NCBI GenBank assembly: GCA_030141605.1
Contig: JAQGDQ010000020.1
Coordinates: forward strand, 1,178,001 to 1,242,000
Length of the DNA stretch: 64,000 nt
Direction: 5' to 3'
DNA from: Tubiluchus corallicola
Lineage: Eukaryota > Animalia > Priapulida
Every line of letters begins with the position of its first letter. Position 1 is the first letter of the stretch. The translations under genes were made by a program, and so were the position numbers. This document shows, piece by piece, positions 51,501-63,576 of the stretch. The notes beneath the pieces are model-generated. The model was not told where the DNA came from and did no database searches. It saw only the letters and a list, made by a program, of their open reading frames with translations.

Positions 51501-54500
51501 TAAACGCAAAACAAATAGCTATCAAAATTATGTTTATCACGTGAATGTCCTACATTGTTCAACAATTATAAAGAGATCTGCTAAGTGCTAACTCAACTTT
51601 GACTGAAGCTGGTTCATGATACAAGTACGTGCAGTAATACTGAACAATAATTGTAAATAGTGTTGTTAACTCAACTGTAACTGAGATTGACCAATGGTGA
51701 TCTTTTATGCTTTACCACTGAACAGCTATCAATAGCACTGCTAACTCAACTGTGACTGAGGTTGACTCAGTGCACAATTGTTGAACAGCTATTAATAGCA
51801 TTGGCTGCACTGCTAATTCAACTGTGACCGATGCTGATTCCTGGTACAATTGTCTGCTACATTGTTGAACAGATAGCTATTATTAGCACAGGCGGCCCTG
51901 CTAATTGAACTGTAACCAATGCTGATTCCAGGTACAATTGTATGCTACATTGTTGAACATATAGCTATTAATAGCACAGGCTGCACTACTAATTCAACTG
52001 TAACCGATGCTGATTCCTGATACAATCGTCTGCTACATTGTTGAACAGCTAGCTATTAATAGCACAGGCTGCACAGCTAATTCAACTGTAACCGATGCTG
52101 ATTCCTGATACAATCGTCTGCTACATTGTTGAACATATAGCTATTAATAGCACAGGCTGCACTACTAGTTCAACTGTAACCGATGCTGATTCCTGATACA
52201 ATCGTCTGCTACATTGTTGAACAGATAGCTATTAATAGCACAGGCTGCACTACTAGTTCAACTGTAACTGAGGCTGATTCCTGGTGCAATTGTATGCTAC
52301 ATTGTTTGAACAGCTAGCTATTAATAGCACAGGCTGCACTACTAGGTCAACTGTAACTGAGGCTGATTCCTCGTACAATTCTCCACTACATTGTTGCAGG
52401 TGCAAATGACACTGCAAACAAACTATGACTGAGACTAACTTATGGTATAATATAATTGCGTTACAATGTTGAGCAGCTATAAATAACACAGCTAATGTGA
52501 TAGTGCCACGGTAGCTGCACCGACAAACAACACGAATTAACACAGGTATTGTTGTCTGAAGACAGCTACATGAACAAAACTATTTGTGAAAGGGGTATCT
52601 CTGCCAAAAGTGTATAAGAGCACCTGCATAAAGACGCCAATGAAGTAATTGCAAATCACTAACAGAAAGTACTCCTACTCCAAAAAAGGGTACCTACTGC
52701 TAAATGTGAAAAGAACCTATTTGTGGAAAGAAAGTGAAGTTAAGCTCTACTAGATAATCTCACATTGTAAAAATAATCACTGGTCCTGAAAAAGGGGTAC
52801 TTATCGCCAAATGTGGAAAGGACTCATTTGTGGAGAGCCAGGAACAGGTCTACCAAGTAATCTCACATCACAAAGCGCCAAAAAATGACAAAAAGTCAGC
52901 TGTGACTCAAACAACACAATCAAGCAATATCGACAACACAATAAACTTTGTAAAAGAAAACAGACGTAAATAATTAATTAGCACTGCCATTCAATACCAA
53001 AGTCAATGTAGCATGCATAGAAAGACTGCAAGACTTAAGTAAAACGCATGGACTTACTAAAATGGGCAACTCTACACGGGAATTGCTGACTAATATTCCC
53101 AATATCCCATATCCAATTGATTAAGCAGGTGCTCTTAATAAGCAGAGGCAACAACTGCCAGAAGCTATTCATAGTTATTACTTTTTGCAGACAGGGTTTC
53201 CATGACAACGAATACTAAGAAAGTAAAGCACTTGCAGGCTCACCTAAAATATCTAGAGTGATGGTGATCAATATCCATCTACTCTTTGTTTAGAAAATTA
53301 ATAAGGCAAGTTATGCAAACGTCTTGAATATATAGATTCGTATTAAAATGCAAGACAACTTTATTAATTAATAAACGACTATTTAGCTGAGGTGAATAAC
53401 TACGAACAGATAGTTTTTACATGCCAACACCCATTTTGTAGCACATTTTACTGAGCACATTTTACTGAATTTGTATAAGGAAATATAAAGCAAGATAAGC
53501 AGATACTAAACGAACATCTTTGCCATACGGAATCTGAGATTTCAGAAAATTGAAAATTTAGAAAACAAGAGAACTCTTGTCAACAACCTCATGAACAAAG
53601 CAATCAGCAAAAGACTGCAAAGTCTAAGAACTTTTATCATTGACAATCTCAAAAGTAAGATCTTAAATCACCCAAATTATTAGCTTGCAAGGAAAGAGCT
53701 CAGCAGCAAGGAGTTTAGAAGATTGCCAAACTGTGTGTAACTGTGAGAATTTTAAAAAAGACTAGGAGAAGGAACCTTATAAAACAAGGACCTGTGTCAA
53801 CAACGAGGTCTGGGTATAGGCAAGTATTGTCAAACACTTTAAATATTAAAGAAAATCATACATAAAGACCAGCTACTGAGTCTAAAAAATCGGGCTCAAG
53901 AATAAGTGCTAAAACCATACATTCAGTACCACAGGCTATACAAAAAAGTGAAAGAAGGTATTTATAAGCTGTACCCAATTAACATCAAGTCTTACATTGT
54001 TCTACTACATCTGTTAACAATTTAAGTCAATTAACATTGTTATTATATTGACTTAGCAGACAAAATACAAATTCGATTAAATAAAATTCAATAAAAAAAT
54101 TAGGACATTCACATCCATACAATATCAAATTAAATTAAAAGTATTAAGCACATCAAACACTGGATTGAAATCTGAATTAAATTCTACAGCTAGTAGTTAT
54201 TACAAGACTTCAAAAACAGAAACTCTGGCACGCAAGTAAAATGCACGTAATAACTGCGGCCTAGTGGACTTAGCTGCACTATACACTATTACACTATGCT
54301 CAATTCATTTCAGTTCTGTTTTATTTGCACAAATACATACAATGTACATTGGCAAAGCAATACACGTTAAATACTACATAAACCTAAAAAAATCATAATA
54401 GGCTGTGGGTAAAGTTATTTTCCACAGGCAAATGTGAACAAGTGGCATACTGATACCAAAATCACAGTTACATAAAAATTGTATAATTTAGCAATAAAAA

Positions 54501-55470
54501 AAGAAAAATGACTTGAAAGTAGTAGGTATCTGTACCAGCTTTTTAAATGAAAGATTATAAAAAATAACATAATTAGAGTTGAAAATAATTTGGTTAGAGT
54601 CTGCTGCCAAAGTGCTGATTTCTTCTTCCCTAGGAACAGGAGTTGTTGCCAAAGTCCAGTATGTCCAGTAAGTCCACTATAGTCGCACTTAGTGGACTTA
54701 TACTATACACTACTCCTTTTTGTCTTTTGTTTTTCTTTTTTCCGATGTGTCCTTGGCGAAATGCGGCAGTCTAAACTGTGATTAGTAAGCATTAGTAATT
54801 TGCCGTATTCATTTGCATTTTTCTCACAGACTCAGTGTAAGTCTCTATTCAGTGTAATAATAAATAAATAAACTTGAAACTTGCTCGTGTTTAACACGAT
54901 GTAGATTAAACAGTGGTGTGGGTTGTTCATTTATATCATGTTCAATGGCTTGTCCTTGTCAAAGTTGGGCGGCCACCTTAATTCGGCAATTTCGATGGCC
55001 TAAAATACTATTCAAGCACTATTCAAAAAAAATGTTCCACTAACCAACAGGGAACAAGAGTAGGCCTAACATTAGAAACAAACACGAATTGAGTTATCAG
55101 AAAAAAACCCGTTTGGGCAATTTCGTGTTTCAGCTGCCAATCTAAATGGTGCTGTTCTCTCTACCTACTTTAATCAACATTATGGCAACATTTCATACAG
55201 GTTTAGTCAATAATAAATTTTTATAAAGCAAGAGTTGTAAACTTGCAATAATACGCCGGCCGGCAGCGAGCATGCCTCTCTGTGTACAGTTCGCACAGCC
55301 TCGCTTAGCTACGCGAATACATCAATGTGATGCAAAGGTTCAAATTGATTTCGGCACGTTACCTGAAATTCATACTGTAGTATTTCATTGTCATCCAATA
55401 GCCGGATTGTACATTTGTAATCCACGTTAAGTGTGCTCTTACTTCCGAATCTGAGACGTCTTAACGACAT
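30174..55470 (-). CDS. FRMD5: FERM domain-containing protein 5/3-like, complete, 14 coding exons, 1632 nt / 543 aa
   Basis: The spliced translation [27 protein letters not shown]...[24 protein letters not shown]...[34 protein letters not shown]...[11 protein letters not shown]...GSKFRYSGRVEKE gives FERM + FA domains. It ends in a hydrophobic TM segment followed by [18 protein letters not shown], as in FRMD5/FRMD3. All phases are consistent. Confidence 0.95.
31728..31906 (-). CDS. FRMD5: FRMD5 exon 13
   Basis: [26 protein letters not shown]...ESEIQ; ttttag acceptor, gtaaca donor; GC-rich island. Confidence 0.88.
32749..33186. mobile_element. hAT-type MITE
   Basis: TIRs CAGGAGCGTAT / ATACACCCCTG; perfect 8-bp TSD ATCATCTA at 32741-32748 and 33187-33194. 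Confidence 0.88.
33270..33346 (-). CDS. FRMD5: FRMD5 exon 12
   Basis: [25 protein letters not shown]; ctatag acceptor, gtactg donor. Needed to bridge phase 2 to phase 1. Confidence 0.8.
33760..33965. repeat. Hairpin / MITE-like inverted repeat
   Basis: TAATTTCAGCATTGC..ATTATTAAAAG..CTGTAAATGCA.CTGATCACA..TGAATTTCT mirrored by AGAAATTCA..TGTGATCAGTGCATTTACAG..CTTTTAATAAT..GCAATGATGAAATTA. Confidence 0.8.
34412..34480 (-). CDS. FRMD5: FRMD5 exon 11 (FA domain)
   Basis: [23 protein letters not shown]; ctctag acceptor, gtatga donor. Confidence 0.93.
34600..35075 (+). mobile_element. RTE-like LINE 3' fragment in a FRMD5 intron (related to the 57-kb copy)
   Basis: [27 protein letters not shown]...[16 protein letters not shown]...GGQLLTY; short (GAC)n at the end. 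Confidence 0.85.
35225..35311 (-). CDS. FRMD5: FRMD5 exon 10 (FA domain)
   Basis: [29 protein letters not shown]; tttcag acceptor, gtaatg donor. Confidence 0.93.
35747..36235. mobile_element. hAT-type MITE
   Basis: TIRs CAGGGCCTATTTCAG / CTGAAATAGGGCCTG (14/15); 8-bp TSD TGTTTAGT/TGTTTAGC; GC-rich subterminal GAGGCCCCGGGGAAGT motifs. Confidence 0.85.
36263..36351 (-). CDS. FRMD5: FRMD5 exon 9
   Basis: [30 protein letters not shown]; ttgcag acceptor, gtaagt donor. Confidence 0.94.
36630..36693 (-). CDS. FRMD5: FRMD5 exon 8
   Basis: [21 protein letters not shown]; ttttcag acceptor, gtaggt donor. Confidence 0.93.
37527..37615 (-). CDS. FRMD5: FRMD5 exon 7
   Basis: [30 protein letters not shown]; aatag acceptor, gtgagt donor. 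Confidence 0.93.
37699..37905 (+). mobile_element. Chimeric tRNA/5S rRNA-derived SINE remnant
   Basis: tRNA A-box-like TAGCTGAATGGTTA, then 5S-like GAAGTTAAGC...GCCTGATCAG...GATGGGTGAC, then B-box-like GGTTCAATACC. Confidence 0.6.
38114..38201 (-). CDS. FRMD5: FRMD5 exon 6
   Basis: [29 protein letters not shown]; tttcag acceptor, gtacga donor. Confidence 0.95.
38877..39000 (-). CDS. FRMD5: FRMD5 exon 5
   Basis: [40 protein letters not shown]; ttacag acceptor, gttagt donor. Confidence 0.95.
39902..40078 (-). CDS. FRMD5: FRMD5 exon 4
   Basis: [45 protein letters not shown]...; gtgtag acceptor, gtacgt donor. Confidence 0.95.
41188..41230 (-). CDS. FRMD5: FRMD5 exon 3 ([14 protein letters not shown])
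   Basis: ttctag acceptor, gtacat donor, 43 nt; HWL motif of FERM F1. Confidence 0.93.
43130..43800. repeat. Two opposed arrays of about 21-bp units (foldback-like)
   Basis: Left array GAAGCCATGTA(C/G)AA(G/A)CA(C/T)C(C/T); right array CATGGCTTCAGATGTTTCTA is its reverse complement. Confidence 0.75.
44050..44154 (-). CDS. FRMD5: FRMD5 exon 2 ([35 protein letters not shown])
   Basis: ttacag acceptor, gtaact donor; FERM F1 motif. Confidence 0.95.
44689..45038. mobile_element. hAT-type MITE
   Basis: CAGGGCC...GGTCCTG ends, GGCCCCTAGGC subterminal motif, degenerate 8-bp TSD GACATACC/GACACAAC. Confidence 0.7.
45447..45615. repeat. Compound (ATC)n/(CAC)n/(CAA)n microsatellite
   Basis: Direct inspection. 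Confidence 0.9.
45823..46095. mobile_element. hAT-type MITE (degenerate right end)
   Basis: CAGGGCCATCTTAAC ... GTTAAGACGCCC; same GGCCCCTAGGC motif as the 44689 element; flanks CGCAAAAG/CACAAGAG. Confidence 0.6.
47081..47220. repeat. Hairpin / MITE-like inverted repeat
   Basis: TTCATAAACCATCA..AAACACATTTCTCA versus TGAGAAAATGTGTTT..TGATGGTTTATGAA. Confidence 0.75.
50150..51056. repeat. C-rich 50-bp minisatellite (about 10 homogeneous copies at 50532-51056, diverged copies upstream)
   Basis: Unit CCATCTCTGTCAAACCATCTTCCTCACCCCTCCCCTTTGCCACTACCCTG. Confidence 0.95.
51550..52395. repeat. 88-bp minisatellite (about 7 good copies from about 51780)
   Basis: CTACATTGTTGAAC recurs at 51857, 51945, 52033, 52121 and 52209, with variants at 52297 and 52386. 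Confidence 0.93.
55363..55470 (-). CDS. FRMD5: FRMD5 coding exon 1 ([36 protein letters not shown])
   Basis: ATG at 55470, cag|gtaacg donor, 108 nt. Not in the ORF track. Confidence 0.92.
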
Positions 55471-55589
55471 GTTTACAAAACACAATCACCAAAAACATTA
55501 ACACCTGCTTTGCCTTATACACTTCTCGCTGTTTCAGAACAAATGCGTTAATACTGGACTGTTGGTAGTCTGCCGCGGCAGAATGATAA

Positions 55590-55650
55590 AGGTTATTGAT
55601 TGTGTTTTTTCACCTGTGTCCGTGGCGCCATCTTCGCGCAAAAAATGTAA
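55590..55650 (-). promoter_or_regulatory. Putative FRMD5 promoter/5'UTR region with YY1-like motif
   Basis: Locally CpG-rich; GCGCCATCTT (CGCCATNTT, YY1/Pho consensus) at 55625-55634, about 160 nt upstream of the ATG. Confidence 0.4.
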
Positions 55651-55984
55651 TATACCAGATAGCAGAATTTTAAGAAAAATAGAAACCCGGATTGTAGTAG
55701 AAGAGAAAGGATAAGATCTGAACATTTAAACTGTATAGCTAGGGAAATTAAAGTGCGAGGATAAAGTATTCAGCTTAACTTATCATATTCTCTGTAGCTT
55801 GACCGTGAACAAAGTAAAAAAACTATAAATTCCTGCACTATTACCTGGAAATCGGGACATTGTTATTCGTTGACTATATTTTTAATTTTTAAACATATCA
55901 CTCCATAGGAAGCCAGTAGTCACTCAATATGAGAGGCTACGGTAAAAAGTTCAGAGAAATAAAATTTATATAACTACTTTGGTA

Positions 55985-56150
55985 GTTACATAAGTTGGCG
56001 TTCTTTTTTAATCGAAAGAGGCTGACAGATGCAGCTTTTGGCGAAAGAATTCCAGGCACAGAATTCCATAAATAATAAGCTCGAGAAAAAACCAGATTTA
56101 TAAACAGCTGCCTGCATGTAGAAGCCCATGATAAGCCTATACAACGCACA
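55985..56150 (-). mobile_element. CR1/L2/Jockey-type LINE 3' remnant
   Basis: Across a frameshift reads YKSGFF/SRAYYLWNSVP, resembling the 'SFFPR...WNSLP' end of RT ORF2. A similar remnant ([13 protein letters not shown]) lies at about 17620-17720 on +. Confidence 0.5.
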
Positions 56151-56610
56151 AAAACGGATACAAGAACTTAACCAACACGTTTCGGGAATTGAATTGTGTG
56201 AATCATTATGGGACTGAAACAAATAAAATGCTGAATGTTGAAGCCATAAAGGAGCAAAAATATAAAATTTTACCAGTTAATATAAATGAATAGGAACAAA
56301 ACGAGAGAAAAATAAAGAAAAGGTCTAAAACACAGAAAAAGCAAAACCCATATAATTTTTGGTGACTGAGAAGTAGACAAAGGTCTATACGTAAGGTTGG
56401 AAAATTATATAAGAAAAGAAATTTTATAAATGTTACAATAACAGCTATATATATATATATATATATATAGTGCAGTAAATTCTATGAATGAACTGGTCAG
56501 TTCTGAACAACAATGAAACATAGTTTCACACATTGTTCATATTTCGTAGTACGCATTATTTTTTCTGTTGCTTCTCAAGTCTAGTGCTAGTAGTGTAAAT
56601 AGTTTACAAT

Positions 56611-56899
<289 letters not shown>

Positions 56900-56930
56900 T
56901 GTAGGCCCAGCTTCCTAACGTGAGCAGCTA

Positions 56931-57713
56931 ATATTAATATTAACCATAGACCTGCAATATGCATGGATAGCAAAAACCAAAGATGAAATAGATGATGTCA
57001 AAATCAAACTAGAAACAAAATTAAAAGAAATGGCTATCGTACTAAATAAAGATAAAACAGAAAAGTGTAACATGAAAAATAATGGAAAAGATGCGTGGAG
57101 GAAATGTAAGTAGTTAGGCTGTCTTCTAGCAACAGATGAAGATATTTAAAGAAGAAAAATCCTAGCACTAGCTGCATATTCCAAATTAACAAAAAATTTT
57201 GAAAGTAAGAGGAACAGTTCCGATACAAAATTAAGAATCTTTGCTGCACTGTGGAAACTGTGTTTTTCTATAACTCAGAATTATGGACAATTAAGGCACA
57301 ACACGAATCAGAAATTAATACATTTCAGAGAAGAAACTACAGGAACATTCTAGGAATAAAATGGCCAAAGCAAATATCAAACCAGGATCTGTACAATAAA
57401 GTTAAGGCAGAGGAATGAACAATTAAAATCAAAAGGAGAAGATTAAGATGGATAGGACATGTTATGAGACTACCAGATGACGATCCATTAAAGTTAACTT
57501 TCAAAGAAGCACTGCAGAAAGAAAAGAAACCGTAAGGAGGACAGCTGCTGACTTATATCAATTTCATCCAAAAAGATCGTATCAACACACCCTTACATAT
57601 CAAAAATGCAGAGACATGGAAGGTTGCAGGTGATAGGGCAGCATGGAGTAAAGTGATCAGGAGGGTCATGTCAAACGACGTGTGACTCCAGAGATGATGA
57701 TGATGATGATGAT
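56931..57713 (+). mobile_element. 5'-truncated RTE-like non-LTR retrotransposon with (GAT)n tail and 11-bp TSD
   Basis: Degenerate RT C-terminus (KLRIFAALVETVFFYNSELWT...ILGIKWPKQISNQDLY...IKRRRLRWIGHVMRLP); (GAT)7 tail; GTGAGCAGCTA repeated at 56920-56930 and 57714-57724. Confidence 0.9.
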
Positions 57714-58842
57714 GTGAGCAGCTACTGCCCTTTGGGGCAATTCATGTAAAAATGGACTGAAGTTTCGAAACTCGCTTCAGACAAACGTACACAGATTTTC
57801 TGCACAGAAAAAACAACTCGTCGTTAAAACTTGTTGAAAAAAAGAAATACTTGGCCTTTGACAAATCAAACAGGCTAGGCGGTATAAATGAAATCAATCA
57901 TAGTAACGAATTGATTATTCTCTTCCCATGCATTCTACCAATGATAGAACAGCAAAACAAATTACGAAAAAATAGAAAAAACTGCAAAGGTGCGAGAATT
58001 GTTTATATAAATGAGTAATTTGATAACAATGCATTTATCCAACACTGATCTGAATTATGAGTTTGGGCTACGGTCAGGAAAACAATTATGTTCTGACCAA
58101 AAGCTCAGTACGCTGTTGTCGCTGTTTTTGCAAAATTTTATGACAAGACCTTTCCAAAGAGGGCGCAACAGGCCTTACAGTAAAGTATACCTGAAGCATA
58201 ACGTAGAAGATCACAAGTAAGAAGTTAATCTGTTCATGTTCGCCAAAATAGGTTGAGAAAAATACAAGAAAAAGTGAGGCGTTTTTAATGTTGGTGCAGC
58301 CATTGCATTTGCCCCAGTTTAACGGGCCCCAAAATGACCTTTATTTTGATAAACTATAGTACCCTTATGCATTAAATTAGGTCTTAAAGGTCTTACAGTA
58401 TGCACCTACGTTATAGTGAAAAAATAAATAGCAGCATTACAATTTTTATTATGGGATATTTCCGGTATTTGCAATTTTGTACAAATTGATATTTTTTGTT
58501 GTTACGAATTTGCAGACGATTGGGTATTTCACTATCACCGGACATCTAACTGCAAACATATTCGTTTTTTCTTATACAAAATGTAATTTCTCAACTTACC
58601 ATAGCTGAAATCTTTCAAATGAAATTTAGCGGCATGGTTGTCATTTTTTCAAAAAGCAGCAATCCAATTTCTAAAGAAATAGGTGCTAAAATGGTCGCGT
58701 ATTTTTCCTGCAATTCGACACCCTACAAGCCATGATTCAGTACATAATGCAGTGTGACAGGACCAGCATCTAGCTCACTATCAAAATAGTTCTCTGAGAT
58801 GCAACACTGAACCGACATAATGTCTTAACCATTGCTCATATA

Positions 58843-59813
58843 CCGTAAAACGGGGTGAGTTCGCCACCCGAGGGTGAGTTCGCCACCCCTTACGTAAGGG
58901 CCATTGTAGGTTTGCTGTAACTATTGTTCAGTGTTTAATGAACAGATATCATGATCACCGTCATTATAAACAGTTTGCGACAGTTATCTTTTTTCAATTC
59001 GCTCTAGAAGTACTCCATTCTGCGCTACATATTATTTGTCTACTATTTCTTGCTACTTAACATGCCACGCACCTACACCCCTGTACCGGGTCATAGATAA
59101 CAATATTATACCCCAGAAGCTCTGGAAGCTGCCCTACATGCCGTCAAGAATACCAACAGGACAATCAGCGTAGCGGCGAGGCAATTCGGAGTTCCAAGAA
59201 AGACCCTTTCTGACAAACTCTCAGGTAGTCATCCGCTGAAGACCGGAGGTCAGCCAGTGTTCTCCGCCGCCGAGGAGCACGAAATCGCCAACACTCCAAG
59301 TGGCCGCTGAATGGGAGTTCCCAATGACTGCCATCGATCTCCGACTACTGATTAAGAGTGTTCTTGACGCGAAGGGAATCCGGGAACGACGATTCAAGGC
59401 AAACACCCCTGGAATAGACTTTGTCAAATCATTCGCCCGAAGGAACAATCTGGTTTTCAGAGCGGCTGGCAACATCAAGGGCGCCCGCGAAAAGATCAGT
59501 GCACAAGACGTTCAAGCCTTCCTTGCCAACGTAGAAGTTTCTATTTGAAAACTAAAACTAGACATTTTTCATAATTTTTTCATAGGGTGGCGAACTCACC
59601 CCCAACCAGCCAATCACAACCAGTTAACTTCAGCTGCCTAGAATGGCATTAAAGAGTGTAAAATCGTTAATGGCGAATTCACCCCACGATAGTGTTTCAT
59701 TCGAAAGGCAATATAAAGCTTGAACTAAGAAAATTGGTTTGGTAATTCTCTTGCTATGGCAGGAAACGTAAAAAAATACCCCTAAAAAGTGGCGAACTCA
59801 CCCCGTTTTACGG
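58843..59813 (+). mobile_element. pogo/Tigger-like (Tc1/mariner superfamily) DNA transposon, internally deleted, non-autonomous
   Basis: Perfect 25-bp TIRs CCGTAAAACGGGGTGAGTTCGCCAC (58843-58867 / 59789-59813), TA on both sides, subterminal copies of the GGTGAGTTCGCCA core, and a transposase remnant inside. Confidence 0.93.
59062..59548 (+). pseudogene. Transposase N-terminal remnant (psq-type HTH + CENP-B-type HTH), no DDE domain
   Basis: MPRTYTPVPGHR*QYYTPEALEAALHAVK...ISVAARQFGVPRKTLSDKLSG...GGQPVFSAAEEHEIA, then a frameshift near 59290, then AAEWEFPMT..DLRLLIKSVLD...FKANTPGIDFVKSFARRN. Confidence 0.85.
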
Positions 59814-61854
59814 TAGTTACACATTTCCCCCAATTGAAATGAATGCTGTTAATAGCATAATATCGATGAACATCTTCACAACTAAGTGCACGCCATGACC
59901 TCTTAGTCATCATCTGCTCGTCCCGAAATACTTACAGGCATATGTTGTTCCAAAACACCAATGCAGGCATGGGCAACATTTTTAATTACACTTCATAAAC
60001 ACCTCTACGAAAAAAGTATAGGTCTAGTGAATTTTTTAATAGTAAATTTTATTGGTCTAATAAAAAGCCTTAATAATGAGTCATGTATTGAAAAAAGGGA
60101 TCCTGTCCCGCCACAAACGTATAAATTGAATGGTCTTTGCCGTAGCTTGATTCTCGCTTGCAGCGTGGTGAAATGTAAAAAAGACAGTAAAATGGAAGTA
60201 ATAAAGCTGTTGAGGATCCAGACTATTTATTTTCTTATCCTACTCATTTAGATGAATTTTGTACGACGTTGCGTACAGTAGACTTGGCAGTAAACCCAGG
60301 CCACATTAAATAAACCGATTCATCTCACTGATTTTGTGTTTTTATTGATAAACTGTTGTAATAGTTATTACTAAAGGATATCTCGCCACAGACAACTCAT
60401 AAATATTTGTGTCTAAGACATTATCAGTTTGGTCAGTGGTATGCCGTAAACACAGCCATTTTGGTCAACAAAAGTAAAGCATATCAAATAGATACCTCGT
60501 TCTTATTTGTAGTAAAAAGTAAAATGTCAAAGCCTAAGCCCATCTTAAAAGCAGAAAACAATCACAAAACTCAGATAATGTAGCCAAATTAATTTCGCGA
60601 AAGGTTTAATCAGATACCTGGGCTGGCTACCTTTCAACAGAAATGGATATCTGCTTACAAATAGCACAGTATTATAATAAGTAGGCTGCTAACTGCGCAA
60701 TACAACTAAAAGACATTTTACACGTAGCAGAAAGTTTATTACGTAATTGCAGGTTAAAAGAAATGTGTATCATGTGCGTAAGCGTGAAAGACATGCACGT
60801 GAGGAAATAGCTTATTAAGTGCTGTTTTTAATGTTAGTTCTTTTACTATTTTTTTCTTTATTTCTCATGTTGACGTATATAAATATTGTATTATTTTTTT
60901 TATTTAAATTTATTGACAATTACTAAAATTACAGGATAAATGAGAAAAAATAAATAAAAATGAGGATGACAGTGTCCACACACGGATGATAATTGTCCAC
61001 ACCTCACATAAACCAATATCATGATCAAAGCTTAATTATTTATTTTAATAAGGCAATATTCGTTACTGTTTTTTATTAGTAACTCAAAAACAATAGCTAA
61101 TGAATAGGCATAACACCTTAATGTCTAGAACCCTTGTAATTAATTTGTATTTTATAACACCTTAGCTATGGTAATGGAGTAATCTGAAATAAACTGTATT
61201 ACATGACAGATACTTTATGTAGAATTTACAGAATTATCTTTAAAAACAAAAAATGCCAATATTGTACTGATTTCTTTTCTTTTAAAAAATGCTGCGAAGT
61301 TTTGGTGCCTTTAAATCTTTGCCCCAGGCAAGAGTCACTGTTATAAGCTCTCTACTAGTTTTTTAACTCTGACAGAGGATAAAAAACGGGTTAGACAACA
61401 AAAGGTCTTTTAGTACCTCCAAGGGCTACAGTAAATACACTATTCTGTATCTCATTTTTTTCAACAATTTTGTCTCGGGAAAATGAACAAAGGAATGGCT
61501 TTTGCACGCAGGCTTTACTGCGAAAAGGCGTGTCAAACATTAAAGGCGGGGCTTATGTGACACATCAAAATTAATAGCGACGCGTTTTAGGCGGGATTTG
61601 AATTAGGGTGTCAGTCAGGCTCGTCACATAAAAGCAGGAATAAACTATTAGGCTTTCTACTGCTACTATTGTTGCTGTTTTTATAAAATGACTAATTAAT
61701 AAAACTACTACTAACATTGTTTGTTGCTTCTGTTAAGTTACAGCTGGTATTAATTATTCATGATTTTGGTATCAAGATTGATACGATTTATGTTATACAC
61801 TCACAGCTAACTAAATTTTGAAATCAAACTGAAGACAGGAAGTTTCATAAAGTT

Positions 61855-61920
61855 TCCTTGGATTTGAACCAGGGATCCCTCTGCTTACAAGGCATATGCC
61901 TTAAACCACTAAACCACCAA
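61855..61920 (-). mobile_element. tRNA-derived SINE head
   Basis: The minus strand reads GGTGGTTTAGTGGTTTAAGGCAT...CCTGGTTCAAATCCAAGG (A and B boxes) without a clean acceptor stem. Related heads lie at about 62148-62205 (+), 41520-41582 (-), 47675-47740 (-) and 13675-13725 (-). Confidence 0.6.
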
Positions 61921-62264
61921 GTTCCAAAACAGTTGAGGCAGTTCCAAAAGTTCATCCTATAACTGGCCAGCCAGTTCAGCACTTCCAGTGTTAGAATTTC
62001 AAGGGAATTTCAATCTTAAAGTTGATCAAACTTAACATTAACCAAATCAGTTAGTATCACTCTAGCGTAAGGAAGTAACAATGGAAATGCTAAGTTTAGT
62101 TAGCCAGCTACAAGGGTTGAACTTGTCTTGACCACTTGGGAACACGGTAATTTATTGGTCTGAAACATCTGCCTTAAGCAGATTGTCCTGGTTCAAATCC
62201 AGACAGTGTTTCAACTTTTCACGTTTCCTGTCTCCAGTTTGTTTACAAAATTTATTTAATTGGG

Positions 62265-63045
<781 letters not shown>

Positions 63046-63360
63046 TACTACTGTCACCTAAGGCCCTTCACCTTGCAGTTCTCCTTTTGTTGCCGTTGTT
63101 GTCATTGTTACCGCGCACTTTGTTATTAAATAATTTATGCTGTTAAGTAACGTCCATGTTATAAAATGTTTCATCTGTGCAAAATGGGCGATTGCAAAGG
63201 TTTAGCAAAAATATACGGCAGATAAGGCAGAGAATGCCTGCATAGGCCCACGAAAGACAAATAATACTTATTCCCGTGGTGACCTGCTTGAGCCTCACAA
63301 AACGCATTCCAGTGTAAGGTGAAGGTGCCTCACAAAATTCATAAGCTGATGAGCCTCATC

Positions 63361-63442
63361 CACGTGACAGCTCTTAGCCACACCTCTTTACGCCGTGTCA
63401 GAATCTGTTACCCCGTATATAAGCCCCTACTTGGCCTATAAG
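63361..63442 (+). promoter_or_regulatory. Possible P450 core promoter (E-box + TATA-like boxes)
   Basis: CACGTG at 63361, TATATAA at 63416 and TATAAG at 63437, 135-215 nt upstream of the ATG. An AG at 63571-63572 could instead mark a 5'UTR intron. Confidence 0.3.
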
Positions 63443-63576
63443 CTTATATACGTCTAGCGTGACATAAAAGAACGGAATATTATTTCTGTGCAGAGCAAAA
63501 ACTGATCAAAATCAGCGAATTTCTTATGTTTAACAACCACAAATTTTGAACAACTTTTCTTTCAATTTTAAGAAAA

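Noticed and set aside
61855-61920. Functional tRNA gene
   Set aside because: A and B boxes are present but the acceptor and anticodon stems do not pair cleanly, and several diverged relatives in the window indicate a SINE.
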